From Eledone cirrhosa (Eukaryota): a stretch of 64,000 nt of DNA. The stretch covers positions 342,922,001-342,986,000 of the forward strand of contig OZ024740.1 in the NCBI GenBank assembly GCA_964016885.1, in the 5' to 3' direction. Positions 37,721 to 52,018 of this stretch are shown piece by piece. The notes under the pieces were generated by a model. It was not told the DNA's origin and did no database searches. It worked only from the letters and a program-made list of their open reading frames with translations. Every line of letters begins with the position of its first letter. The first letter of the stretch is position 1. A program made the translations under genes and the position numbers.

Positions 37721-38648
37721 TACCTTGGATAAGTGTCCCCAGGTCGACTAATGCTTCGTGGGTGAATTTGGGGAATATACACAGGGCGTTTTAGTATAGC
37801 CAAATTGCCAAGTGAATATGCTCGCTGAGGAGATCTAATGAGATCAAAACATATCAGTTGCTTTCATCCAGTTGGCTTATAGACAAGGTTCATTCCCACT
37901 GCATTATCTTAAATTGTATCAAAAGATTGGATTGGCTGAGACTATAGAAGTCCTCTCCCTTGTTTTATTCTCATGATATGAACACTACTAAAGGGAGAAT
38001 CGGTTTTGAAATTGCGAGGAGAGTCTCAGTTAGTTGAAGCTACTTACCAATATTCAGAATGCGAGACCCCCTCCTCTCTCTCTATATACACATATATTTC
38101 TATTTACAATACATACATTCTACTTCTACAAGTATTGAGTAACTCCAAATCTCTCTCTCCACACACACACACACATATATAGATACATATATATATATAA
38201 TACTGAAACGAAGTATGTATGCATGTATATATACAATACATACACTCTACTTTCCCAAGTATTCATTACTTAGCTGAACATGGTCTTACTATTCTAAACT
38301 GGTAACTCTTAATATAAATATATATATATGTGTAATAGTTATATTTCGCTAAGTGGCATTTTATTTATTTTTATAACAATGCGTTAGATATAATTGACGT
38401 TGTTTCTGAATGTAATTGTGTTAAAAGCTTTTAAATCAGGCCACTGGTGTCATTTACAGAAGGGAATAATTTTCAACGACACCGCCGACTTCAGTAATTC
38501 ACAACAGGGTTGCCATATCATGCCATAAACAAAAGACTACACGCTACTGTTTTTTTTACATTTTATTTTTGATGATACTTTAAAATTTTATTTTGGCACT
38601 ACAACGCTATTAGCTGTCAGTCGAAGCAGCCGATGTATCTTCGCTATA

Positions 38649-39179
38649 TAGGTTTTCTGACAAGTGAATGTGTTTTTTTTATTTTTTTACATTGAAAGTT
38701 ACGATACAGTTTGTTTATTTACAACAGGTCTCTATAGTGATATGGTGTTAATTAGTATTGCGTGTGTGATTATTTTCTCTTATATATATATGTGTGTATA
38801 TATATGTGTGTCTGTATGTATATATATATGTGTGTTTGTATATATATATATGTGTTTGTGTCATCATCATCGTTTAGATGTTTTTGTAATATCTTGCCAA
38901 AGTTGGCACCAACTATAAACAGATTAAGGCGGGGTCATAAAAAGGACAGAGAATGATAAGGGATTTGGGTAAAAACATCTAAACGATGATGATGACACAA
39001 ACACATATATATATACACACATATACACACCCACACATATATATATAAGAGAAAATAATCACACACGCAATACTAATTAACACCATATCACTATAGAGAC
39101 TTGTTGTAAATAAACAAACTGTATCGTAACTTTCAATGTAAAAAAAACAAAAAAACACATTCACTTGTCAGAAAACCTA
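38649..39179. repeat. Long inverted repeat 1
   Basis: Arms 38649-38885 and 38971-39179 are near-identical apart from microsatellite length. 85-nt loop. Confidence 0.92.
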
Positions 39180-39215
39180 CTTTCAGTTTCGCGAACGTTA
39201 TAATTAACCTATGCC

Positions 39216-39542
39216 CTATAGTGATATGGTGTTAATTAGTATTGCGTGTGTATTTATTTTTTCTTTTTCTTTTTTTGTGTATTGTGTGTACGGAAAATGA
39301 CATTGTGTGTTGAAATAAATAAATTTTTTTTAAATAACTACATAGTTAGACGGTCTAATAAGGATGTTGATACGGTACGTCAATTTATATGTTATATGCA
39401 ACAAACGTCTAACTATGTAGTTATTTAAAAAATTTTTATTTCTTTCAACACACAATGTCATTTTCCGTACACACAATACACAAAAAAATAAAAAGAAAAA
39501 ATAAGCACACACGCAATACTAATTAACACCATATCACTATAG
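39216..39542. repeat. Long inverted repeat 2
   Basis: Arms 39216-39352 and 39406-39542 with a 53-nt loop. Shares a module with repeat 1. Confidence 0.92.
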
Positions 39543-39738
39543 AGACCTGTTGTAAATAAACAAACTGTATCGTAACTGTCATTGTAAAAAAAAAAAAAAA
39601 ACACATTCACTTGTCAGAAAATATACTTTCATTATCTCGGACGTTAAACTTAACCTATGCCCCCAAAACAGACATTTTATTTCTATCGTAATCAAGTGCG
39701 CTAAACCTATATTGTTTACATTCTGTGTTTTTCTACGG

Positions 39739-41019
39739 ATGGGTAGAAATAACAAAATTGCCATGGTGATATCCATGGATGAAGTATGCGACAAAACTGG
39801 TCGATGTTCCAAAATAGAACATTGCCCAGAAAACCACATCTGCCATATCTGTGCGGAACCCGAAAACTCGTTCCGTAATCGCTGGGTCAAATGTGGAACC
39901 TGTCACATCTCTGTCTGCCTTCAATGCGCCACAGGCTTCCGGAGGATCCCAGGCCCAAAAAAGAGACATAATGCTATGATGGATGGAATCTGGGAGATGG
40001 TCCAGCTAAAATCCTGGTCCTTTTAGTGCCTGGCCTGTGTGCCTGCCTCCACTAATGTTATTGAAAAACAACAACAACAACCAATAACTGTATCTTCCTC
40101 TACCATTGTTACTGAACAACGGCAAAAACCTATGACACTGGCTTCTACTGTGGGAGAACATCAGAAACAACAACAACCCATGTCTTCCGCTCCCAGTACA
40201 TCTCGACACCAACAACCTGCGACTGTGTCTTCCCCTACCATTCCCGTGGAGGAACATCATCATCACCAACAACAACAGCAACAACCTGCGACTGTGTCTT
40301 CCCCTACCATTCCCCGTGGAGGAACATCATCATCACCAACAACAACAACAGCAACAGCAACAGCAACAACAACAACAACAACCAACCAGTACAGATTTTG
40401 CAGAATTGCAACTAATGATTTCTGCTTTAAAAAGGGAAATAACAGGAATAAGGGCAAGCATTCGGGTAGGACCCCAAATGAGGGGTCTTATCGGAATGCC
40501 TTGATAAAGAATCTCCCTGTACCTCTTGCCGTATCTGGCCACACTGAAAAGACTGCGGAATATGCTACCCATGAAGTGATTGCCATTGGCGTACCAGAGG
40601 ACAAGACTGATCTTCAGGCATTTGCTGCCAGCTCAGCCAAAGACCTAGGCTGTGTTCCCCCAAAGGGTGCTCTCCGCCTTGGTCGACCTGGTCCAAATCC
40701 CAGACTCATCAGGCTGTCTTTTTTGGACCCCGCTGAGGCAACCTCATACCATCTGGCCTCTGTTAAAGCTGAGCGTGAAAATCGGATTACCTTCCGAACA
40801 CGCCCAGGCCAACCACCCCATGTACGTCCAAAGCTCCGTGCTGCAGCTTCCTTGAATCGGAACTCAGCACAACATGAAAGTTTTAGTCTGCGTGATGATG
40901 GGCAGATCTGGAGATTTGTCAAGGCTGATGAAACGTGGAAGAGAGATGCCAGCTGGTCTGAGTGTGATCTACCCACAATAACTGGCAATGTAAAAACTGC
41001 TACAACTCTGGGAAACTAA
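39739..41019 (+). pseudogene. CR1 ORF1 with N-terminal PHD-like finger and poly-Q linker (one stop, one frameshift)
   Basis: CHIC..WVKCGTC..CLQC..WSF*CLAC. Later LRLGRPGPNPRLIRLSF resembles a CR1/L2 ORF1 motif. Confidence 0.7.
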
Positions 41020-41075
41020 ACCAGAACAACCTGCCACCCTCTACACACCATCATAAACTGCGAGCAGGGTACAAA

Positions 41076-43821
41076 TTGTTGTCTTTAAATGCTCGCAGTT
41101 TATGCAACATGATACATCTGTTTGAATCCTACGTCAGAAGCATCGACCCTGACTTCATCACAGTCACAGAAACATGGGCACATTCCTTACTCTGTGATGG
41201 GGTTTTCAGCATTACTGGGTACAACCTTTTCCGCAAGGACCGCATTAATCGCCGTGGTGGTGGTGTGATGGTCTACGTTCGTTCAAACTTTTCAGTAATT
41301 CCTTGCGTTGATTTGAACGAATCACAGGAAGAAGTTTTTTTCTGTGACATACGTATGACCATGTCAACACTGCTGCTTGGTGTTGTTTATCGCCCCCAAA
41401 CTACCATCAGGACACACAGCTTTGCGATATCCTCAGAGTTGCTGCCAAGAAAACAGCCACTTATGTGTTTATTGCAGGTGACTTCAATCATCCTGAGATC
41501 GATTGGGAAACCTTTCGTTGGCCACAAGGTGCAAACGATTTCCTTGAACTAGTGCTGGATTCAAACTGGTCACAAGTAGTCACCTCTCCAACAAGAGGTG
41601 ACAACACTTTGGACCTGATCTTCACCACTACTCCTGAAGTGGTTATCAGTTGTACTACTGAGGAACCTCTAGGCGACTCTGATCATGCTATGATCATTGC
41701 CAATCTGGCACTTGAGGGCAGCAACAAAAACCAGAGCCATCTCCAATCTGCTTGCTTTGATTGGAAGAGGGCGGATTGGAACTTGTACTGCACTGAGCTA
41801 CAGCGCCCAAACTGGCATGAGATGTATAACTCTGGAGATGTGAACACTATACTCCAGAGCATCCTGGACTCAATATGGATAGCGTGTGCAGCATCGGTGC
41901 CACGTAAGCGGAAAAATAACCACCCCAAAAGTGCAATTTGGGAAACTTCAGCGGTCTGACTTGCCAGGAAAGAACGTCGGAACGCTGAACGGGAATATAA
42001 ACTGCATAGATCAGATGCTAACAGAAAAAAGCAGAATAAATCTTCTAACCATCTCAAGCAAGTGACAAAGAAGGCAGTGCTTGAATTTGAACAGTGCATA
42101 GCAACCAATCCTGACAATAAGGTGTTCTGGAAATATGTTCATTCAAAGCAGAGACCTCACTCTCCAGTTGGTCCTCTTCGCAATCCCCACACAAGCCAGA
42201 TCACTGACGATCCCAAAGAATGCGCAAAACTCATTGCTGAGTGCTATGCAAGTATTTTTACTGTTGAAAACCAGAATGTACCATCTCCACCATCTCTAAC
42301 ATCAAATTCCATAACAACTATGGAATTTACACCTGCAATGTTGCGACGTCACCTTAAGAATAAGCGCAACTATGCCTCCCCTGGTCTTGATGGTGTTACA
42401 TACCTGCTTCTCAAACGCGGCGGGTATTTCCTTTTGCGCCAGCTTTATTTCTTCTTTCAATACTGTCTCAACAATGGTGCTACTCCGGAGCAGTGGAAAA
42501 CTGCCAGTGTCATTCCCCTGTTCAAAAAGGGCAACTGCATGTCACCTGTCAACTATCGTCCAGTCAGTCTTACTAGCTGTATGGCCAAACTGATGGAATC
42601 CTGTGTCAGAGAAACACTTTGGAACTTCTGGAGCTCTCACAGTTTGGATTTATCCCTAACTCCAGCTGCTGTGATCAGCTTATCGAGTTCCTTGAGGACA
42701 TCACCCGGATCACTGACAGCGGCTCATGGGTGGATGTTGTTTACCTTGACTTTGCTAAGGCTTTTAATTCTGTGCCACACAAAAGACTTATGGCAAAACT
42801 CTCTGCAATGGGTGTGAGAGATGATCTTTTCGACTGGTTGAAATCCTTCATTCTCAGCCGAAAAGAAGTAGTCACGGTTCTAGGACAGCATTCTTCACCA
42901 TATGAGATGTCATCTGGTGTACCACAGGGATCTGTTCTTGGTCCCCTTTTGTTTGTGGCATATATTAATGACATAGATGCCAACTTACAGAATGCCACGG
43001 TACTGAAATATGCAGATGACATCAAGCTGTACCTTGAAATCAAAAGGACTGATCCTGAAATTTACAACTCTTTCCTACAATCAGACCTGGACACAATGCA
43101 GCAATGGATCACAGACTGGCAACTGAAGCTGGCTGTGGACAAGTGTACCACCATGCATTTTGGAAGGAAAAATCCAGCGTCCACATACTCCCTCCATAAC
43201 ACTGATATCAAGAAGTCCTCTTGTGAACGTGACCTGGGCATTACTGTCAGCAGCGATTTGCGTTGGACAAAGCATGTCTCTAAGATTGTCAAGAAGGCCG
43301 AGGGTGTCTTGGCATCACTCAGCAAGACCTTTGTTAGCCGCTCTCCAGCCATCTATTTAAAACTGTATACAGCTATGGTACGACCACACTTGGAATTCGC
43401 ATCATCAGTCTGGAACCCCTATCTTGCTTAGAACATTGACCTCCTGGAAACTGTTCAGAGACGTGCAACCAAGCGCATACCCTCCATCAGACACCTACCA
43501 TACTCTGAATGCCTTGCTTCCCTGGGCATGGATTCATTGAAGCTCCGACGTCTGGCAATGGACTTGGTGAATACCCACAAAGTTATTAACCATCTCGCCA
43601 ATTGCAACCCTGAGCACCTTTTTGATCTCCATGTGTCTAACACACGTGGACATGCCTACAAAATCAGAAAACAGCACAGCTCCCATGACTTTCGTAGACA
43701 TTTTTTCACGCTCAGAGTTGCTGAAGCATGGAACAAACTGCCTGCATCAGTTGTTAGCTGCCGAGACACTGCATCCTTTAAGATACTCATGCTTTCCGAA
43801 ATACGCCAAAACTACACCTGA
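41076..43821 (+). pseudogene. CR1 ORF2 (APE endonuclease plus reverse transcriptase), disrupted
   Basis: NARSL, VTETW, AGDFNHP, LDL, SDH; NYRPVSL, YLDFAKAF, GVPQGSVLGPLLF, YADD; FFTLRVAEAWNKLP. Stops at 41957 and 43429, frameshifts near 41400-41465 and 42640. Confidence 0.92.
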
Positions 43822-44123
43822 TGTACCCCTTCCATACACATGCACACATGTGTGTATCATGACTCGTGCACTGTTCATTTTCCTGATTTTTGTGCATTGC
43901 CCTATGTACTGTACATGCACTTTTTGATGAGTTGTGGTGCACATGGGCACTGTACACAATATTTCATTATTATTGTTATTATTATTATTATATCATGACT
44001 CATACACAGTTCATTTTCCTGACATTTGTACATTATTCTATGTACTATACATGCACCTTTGATGAGTTGTAGTGCACCTGAGCACTGTATACAATAATTT
44101 CATTATTATTATTATTATATTAC

Positions 44124-44775
44124 TATAATAATGCGCTTTCAAAAGCCGGTTATCCTGATAAAATCAAATACAGTAAAGAAACCAATCCTAGAAGATCTTA
44201 CAGTAAAATAATTAATTATGATCATTCCAATAACATAAATAAAAGACCTAGATACAAAAATATAATCTGGTATAATGCTCCTTCCTCTTTTTCTATTAAT
44301 AATAATATTCCTAAACTATTCTTTAGGGCCTTAGATAAATGCTTCCCTCCCTCACATATCTATAGTAAAATATTTAACAAACATACAATAACATTTTCCT
44401 ATTCCACCTCCAACATCTCCAACATTATCTTTAAACACAACAATAAAATATTAAATACTAAATCACTTCCTTCCAACACCGAATGTCATAATAATAGCAG
44501 TAGTACTCCCGACGTCATTGTTAACTCTAGGCTAGTTTCTGCAAACTCAAATACGACGTCAAACGTAACTTCGTCAAATGTTCTTAATACCAATCAAAAT
44601 CAGGAAACTATTATTCCTATCGTAAATAACTTCTCCAATCCAATTCCTCCTATAGATAACACTAGGTCACTTGTTAATAACTCTGTTAATTTCTCTAATC
44701 GCAATTGTAATTGCCCTGTTAAAAATAAATGTCCTGTCAACAACCATTGTCTTGAAAAAAACTTAGTTGTTGAAT
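44124..44775 (+). pseudogene. Naiad-type Penelope-like element fragment (thumb/linker)
   Basis: YNNALSKAGY..KNIIWYNAP..LDKCFPPSHIYSKIFNKHTITFSYS..KHNNKIL..CNCPVKNKCPVNNHCLEKNLV. Confidence 0.72.
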
Positions 44776-45360
44776 ATATGAAACTTAGATGTTGAAGAAT
44801 ATATAGAAGAACTGCTTGATTCTTCTGACTCCCAAGTACAGATATTTCTAAATCATTTACTTAAAGAATGGAAGACACCTGTGATAAAACAACTTGTCAA
44901 CTCTAAACAGTCGACCAAACAAACCAGTGCCAGTAATTCTAATAATCGACAAAAAACTCAGACACTACCATCTAAATTTCCAACAATACAGAACCTTCCA
45001 AAAATATACCCATCTTTCTACCTTATTTCAATATTATTTATTATATATTATATAATACTAGTTACTCATTCTATATCATTTCTATTTATCACTTTCCTTT
45101 CTTCCTCTTTTCTTTTAATTTCTAACCTCTAATCTGTACTTTTTCTTCCTAACTACTTCTCAATTCTGATTATTACTCACCACAACATATCCACTCTTCC
45201 ATCTTTCTTCATATCATTGGCCAAACAAATTATTATTACCTTTCAAATACTTTATAGCATCTATCTATATACTACTAAAACTCTGATCTTGATTGGTTGC
45301 TTGCTTGCTTGCTTGCTTGCACACACTTTCTCTATATATATATGTTCATATTTGTGTATA

Positions 45361-47148
45361 TACAGGTTGTCCCCCCAAAAATGTATATCCACTTTGATTG
45401 CCTATACATGCATTATTTGTTAGGGTGGTGTATACATTTTTATGGACCCCGGTATTATTATATATATATATATATAGTGTCCCCGAAAAATGTATACACA
45501 CTTTGATTACCTGTACAGGCAATATATATATATAATAGAATGGTGTATACATTTTTAGGGACCCCAGTATATATATATATGGTGTCCCCGAAAAATGTAT
45601 ACACACTTTGATTACCTGTACAGGCAATATATATATTAGGGGACCCCGGTATATATATATATATGGTGTCCCCGAAAAATGTATATACCCTTTGATTACC
45701 TGTGCAGGCAATATATATATTAGAATGGTGTATACATTTTTAGGGACCCCGGTATATATATATATGGTGTCCCGGAAAAATGTATACACACTTTGATTAT
45801 CTGTACAGGCAATATATATATTAGAATGGTGTATACATTTTTAGGGACCCCGGTATATATATATGGTGTCCCCGAAAAATGTATACACACTTTGATTACC
45901 TGTACAGGCAATATATATATATTAGAATGGTGTATACATTTTTAGGGACACCGGTATATATATATGGTGTCCCGGAAAAATGTATACACACTTGGATTAC
46001 CTGTACAGGCAATATATATATTAGAATGGTGTATACATTTTTAGGGACCCCGGTATATATATATGGTGTCCCCGAAAAATGTATACACACTTTGATTACC
46101 TGTACAGGCAATATATATATTAGAATGGTGTATACATTTTTATGGACACCGGTATATATATATATATATGGTGTCCCGGAAAAATGCAAACACACTTTGA
46201 TTACCTGTACAACCAATATATATATTAGAATGGTGTATACATTTTTGAGGACCCAGGTATATATAGATATGGCTTCCCCGAAAAATATATACACACTTTG
46301 ATTACCTGTACAGGCAATATATATATTAGAATGGTGTATACATTTTTAGGGACACCAGTATATATATATATATATGGTGTCCCCGAAAAATGTATACACA
46401 CTTTGATTACCTGTACAGGCAATATATATATTAGAATGGTGTATACATTTTTAGGGACACCGGTATATATATATATGGTGTCCCCGAAAAATGTATACAC
46501 ACTTTGATTACCTGTACAGGCAATATATTTATTAGAATGGTGTATACATTTTTAGGGACACCGGTATATATATGGCGTCCCGGAAAAATGTATACACACT
46601 TTGATTAGCTGTACAACCAATATATATATTAGAATGGTGTATACATTTTTTAGGACCCAGGTATATATATATATGGTTTCCCCGAAAAATGTATACACAC
46701 TTTGATTACCTCTACAGGCAATATATATATTTGAATGGTGTATACATTTTTAGGGACCCCGATATATATATATATATATATATATGGTGTCCCGGAAAAA
46801 TGTATGCACACTTTGATTACCTGTACAGGCAATATATATATTAGAATGGTGTATACATTTTTATGGACACCGGTATATATATATATATATATGGTGTCCC
46901 GGAAAAATGTAAACACACTTAGATTACCTGTACAACCAATATATATATATTAGAATGGTGTATACATTTTTCAGGACCCAGGTATATATGTATATGGTTT
47001 CCCCGAAAAATGTAAACACACTTTGATTACCTGTACAGGCAATATATATATATTAGAATGGTGTATACATTTTTAGGGACCCCGGTATATATATATGGTG
47101 TCCCCGAAAAATGTATACACACTTTGATTACCTGTACAGGCAATATAT
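45361..47148. repeat. MITE-derived ~100-bp satellite, block 1 (~18 units)
   Basis: Unit ggtgtccccgaaaaatgtatacacactttgattacctgtacaggcaatatatatattagaatggtgtatacatttttagggaccccgg followed by (TA)n. Confidence 0.95.
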
Positions 47149-50100
47149 CTATCTAAGGTGGCTGACCTGTTCCCTGTTCCCTGTTGACATACTGCTGACT
47201 CTTTTGATGTATGTATGTGTATATACATATATATATGTATGTGTATATACATATATATATGTGTGTGTATATGTATGGATGCTACCAGATTTCAACACAA
47301 CAACAGCACCAACAACAACAACAACAACGGCAACAACACCATTGTCTGTGTTGAATGTGTGTGTATGTATGTGTTTGTATATATGCGACAGCAATAACAG
47401 CATCAACACCATTGTCTGCAGCAACAGCAGCAGTGAAATGAAGAACAACAACAACAGCGACAACAGCAACAACGACAACAACTACAGCACCAACAACTGC
47501 CACCACGATCACTGACCATCCACCACCACCACACTGACACCATCCACCACCATTCACCACCACCAACGCCATTACCAGCGTAAAGCAAACAATTATTATT
47601 ATTGTTATTATATACAAGCTGAACTGGACTGGGAAAGGTCAACAGTTGACATGATATTGATTTTGATTTTGATGATTTTGATTTTGATTTTGTATTTGTA
47701 TCAGTACTGTCGGTAATATATGTATATATATGTGTGTTTGTGAGTGGTGTGTGTGATTGTATGCATGAATGAGTGTTGGTATGTGAGTGGCGTGTGTGTG
47801 GTTGTGGTTTGTATGCATGAGTGTTGGTGTGTGAGTGTTTGTGTGTGCGTCGTGTCAATAAGTTTTTTTTTAGTTTTTTTATGACCATGCTGTAAAATGG
47901 AGGGGTAGAGAGGGCCCTTGAGTCTAGTAAGACATCCTCTCTAGTGCTGGTGGCACAAATAAAAGCACCCAGTCCATGCTGTAAAGTGGCGCTGGTGTTA
48001 GGAAGGGCATCCAACCAGTGTATCAATGCCAAAACTCTTATCAGCACAGCAACAGATAGGAACAGCAACAAAATATGAAGACGTCGCATCTCAGAGCTGC
48101 AACACTTAATGTTGGCACTCTCAGAGGTAGATCTGCTGAAATAGCGGAGATGCTGGAGAGAAGGCAGGTGGATGTGTGCTGCGTGCAAGAGGTGAGATGG
48201 AGAGGTGCCTCTGCGAGACTAGTCGTAGGCAAGCGTCTTAGCTATAAGCTATTCTGGATAGGTAAGGATGATGGGCTAGGGGGAGTAGGCATTTTCCTGG
48301 CTGAGAAATGGATCAATAAGACAATAGAGGTAGTTCGAGTTAGTAATCGAATAATTAAGCTTAGATTAGTTGTAGGTAGGAGACTACTGACAATCATCTC
48401 GGCCTATGCTCCCCAAGCAGGCCTAGGCAAAGATGAGAAAGACTGCTTTTATGAGCAACTTTTGCAAACAACCGCAATGACAGAGGACGGAGACATTGTT
48501 ATGCTAGCAGGAGACTTCAATGGTCATGTTGGACAGGTCCAGGATGGTTACACTGGGGTACATGGTGGGCACGGTTACGGTTCAAGAAATGAAGAAGGAG
48601 TGAGACTTCTTGAATTTTGTGATGCGGGTACATTGACTATTTGCAACACAAACTTCCAGAAACCTGCCAATCACCTAATAACCTACAAATCTGGTGAGCA
48701 CATAAGCCAGATTGACTTCCTGCTAGTTAGGCAGCGGGACAGGCAGATAGTGTCTAATACCAAGGCATACCCTGGGGAAGAATGTACCCCACAGCATAGG
48801 TTAGTTGTTAGTGATATCTCAGTAAGCAAGAGATGGAATGAGACATATAGGAAGGTGTGGAGAAGAAAAGTCTGGAAGCTAAAAGGCCTTTCACTAAAAT
48901 ACAAATTTAGGAAAGCCCTTCAAGATGTATATGACGAAAAAGAAGACGATTTAGAGACGTATGACATAGATAATAACTGGAATTTCTTACGTGACAACTT
49001 GCTGCAGGCTACTGATGAAACTTGTGGCTGGAGCAGAGCTCCAACCAGACAGAGAGTGACCTGGTGGTGGAACAGCACAGTAGATAAGGCTATTAGAGAC
49101 AAAAGACTAGCATGGAAGGCTTGGAAAAAGGGTGGGAGTAGGGAAGAATATACAGCCACTAAGAGAGAAGCTAGACGTCAGGTGTACTTAGCACGCAGGG
49201 AGGCAGAGAGTAAGAGGTTTGCCAATGTTCTGCGACGGGAAGATCAGAGACGTGCGGTGTTCCACATTGCAAGGCAGCGTGTCAATGCAAATCAGGATGT
49301 TGTTGGAGATAAATGTGTCCGGGATGATGCCGGTGTACTTAGTGTCACGAATGATCAGAAAAAGGAGGCCTGGAAATGTCATTATGAGAGACTGATGAAT
49401 GTGGAGAACGAATGGGAGAGAGAGAAATTACCCTTGGTGGATCCGACAGAGGGACCAGCTATTGAGATTGACGAATATAGGGTCCAAGAGGCGATTAGGG
49501 AAATGAAAAATGGTAAGGCTGCCGGACCATCGGGAATAGTTGCTGAGATGCTGAAGGCATCAGGGGACGTAAGCACTAAACTGGTTGCACGCATCATCAA
49601 TCAGGCTATATATGGTGGTGTCATACCCAAAGACTGGTGCAGCAGCATTCTCATAAATTGCTACAAAGGTAAAGGGGATGCTTTGGAGAGGAGCAATTAT
49701 AGGGGTATAAAACTGATAGATCAGGTTATGAAGGTGGCAGAAAGGATTTTAGCACAACTAATTAGAGAAAGGGTCAAACTAGATGAGATGCAGTTTGGTT
49801 TTGTGCCTGGGAAGAGTACAACAGATGCCCTCTTCTTGGTGAGACAATTGCAAGAGAGGTTCTTAGAGAAGAATAAGCCACTATACTTAGCCTTTGTTGA
49901 CCTAGAGAAGGCCTTTAATAGGGTACCCCGATCTGTCATCTGATGGTCGCTAAGGAAGCTAGGTGTTGAGGAATGGCTTGTGAGGACAGTGAAAACTTTG
50001 TACAGAGGTACTCTCAGTAAAGTCAGGGTAGGAATGGAGTTTAGTGAGGAATTCCAGATACAAGTTGGAGTACATCAGGGTTCGGTCCTCAGCCCGCTCT

Positions 50101-51166
50101 TGTTCATTATAGTCCTCCAAGCCATAACAGAGGAGTTTAAGACTGGCTGTCCATGGGAACTTCTCTACGCTGACGATCTGGTTCTTATAGCAGAATCAGT
50201 AGAGGAGCTAGAGAATAAATTCTGGCTATGGAAACAGCAGTTGGAAGCAAGAGGACTGAGAGTGAATCTAGCTAAGACAAAAGTGTTGATGAGTAGAAAA
50301 GAGGACAAAACCCTGATTCCGTCAGGGAAATGGCCATGTTCGATATGCAGAAAAGGAACTGGCATAAATTCTATAAAATGCACACAATGCAGATCCTGGG
50401 TACACAAGAGATGTAGCGGGATAGCAGGCAAACTAACAGGTAGGGAGAAATATGTATGCAGTAGATGTACAGGGAAATTAGACAGTAGAAGTCGCACTGA
50501 TAGACACATTTTTCAAATGCAAGAGGGCGCTATAGAAGTGGTGGATAGCTTCCGGTACCTAGGAGATCAGATTAGCATGGGAGGAGGGTGTTCCGTGGCC
50601 ATAGTATATAGAATAAGGACGGGTTGGAAGAAGTTTAGGGAGCTGCTTCTCTGTTGACGAAGAAGGGTTTCTCCCTGCGTACGAAAGGCCGGTTGTATGA
50701 TGCCTGTGTGAGGAGCGCGATGCTGCATGGTAGTGAGACATGGGCAGCAACTGCAGAGGATATGCGACGGCTGGAGAGAAATGAGGCAAGCATGCTCCGT
50801 TGGATGTGCAATGTAAATGTGCGTGAACGACCCAGCATAAATGTGTTGAGAGAGAAAATGTGTCCGAGAGGGATAGAATGTAGTGTACGGGAGAGGAGAC
50901 TGAGGTGGTATGGACATGTGATGCGCATGGAGGATGACCGATGGGTGAAGAAGTGCCAGGAATTGACAGTTGAAGGAAGACGTGGTAGAGGTAGACCACG
51001 AAAAACATGGGCGGAGGTGGTGAGAACAGACCTCAGATCATTGAAGCTCACGGTGGAGATGACGTGGGACCGTGACGAGTGGAGAGATGCTGTGCTGAAT
51101 AAGACCCGTCCCACCCTTGCAAGCAGGGAAAAGCGGACGTAAAATGATGATGATGATGATGATGAT
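47149..51166 (+). mobile_element. Near-intact RTE-clade LINE inserted in the satellite
   Basis: ~0.9-kb microsatellite-rich leader, a single EN-RT ORF and a (GAT)n tail. The satellite unit breaks at caatatat| and resumes at gaatggtg. Confidence 0.92.
48075..51142 (+). pseudogene. RTE ORF (APE, RT and PHD-like Cys finger) with two lesions
   Basis: TLNVGTL, QEVRW, SAYAPQ, GDFNGH; NYRGIKL, FVDLEKAF, GVHQGSVLSP, YADD; CSIC..CTQC..WVHKRC..CSRC. In-frame TGA at 49941-49943 and a frameshift near 50650. Confidence 0.95.
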
Positions 51167-51194
51167 GAATGGTGTATACATTTTTAGGGACCCC

Positions 51195-51231
<37 letters not shown>

Positions 51232-51315
51232 TGTCCCCGAAAAATGTATACACACTTTGATTATCTGTACAGGCAATATATATATTAGAATGGTGTATAC
51301 ATTTTTAGCGACCCC

Positions 51316-51360
<45 letters not shown>

Positions 51361-51981
51361 TGTCCCGGAAAAATGTATACACACTTTGATTACCTGTACA
51401 ACCAATATATATATTAGAATGGTGTATACATTTTTCAGGACCCAGGTATATATGGATATGGTTTCCCCGAAAAATGTATACACACTTTGATTACCTGTAC
51501 AGGCAATATATATATTAGAATGGTGTATACATTTTTAGGGACACCGGTAAATATATATATATATATATATGGTGTCCCCGAAAAATGTATACACACTTTG
51601 ATTATCTGTACAGGCAATATATATATTAGAATGGTGTATACATTTTTAGGGACCCCGTTATATCTATATATATATATGGTGTCCCCGAAAAATGTATACA
51701 CACTTTGATTACATGTAGGCAATATATATATATTAGAATGGTGTATACATTTTGAGGGACCCCGTTATATCTATATATATATATATATGGTGTCCCCGAA
51801 AAATGTATACACACTTTGATTACCTGTCCAGGCAATATATATATTAGAATGGTGTATACATTTTTCAGGACCCATGTATATATATATATATATATGGTGT
51901 CCCCGAAAAATGTATACACACTTTGATTACCTGTACAGGCAATATATATATTAGAATGGTGTATACATTTTTAGGGACCCC

Positions 51982-52018
<37 letters not shown>

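Larger units (their letters stand above)
39670..44117 (+). mobile_element. Near full-length CR1-clade LINE (5' boundary approximate)
   Basis: ORF1 and ORF2, followed by a tandemly duplicated 3' end with (ATT)n tails. Confidence 0.9.

Noticed and set aside
49941-49943. Selenocysteine or programmed readthrough at the RTE TGA
   Set aside because: The position corresponds to the first W of the usual WW motif, so a TGG>TGA point mutation is simpler; the ORF also has a frameshift.
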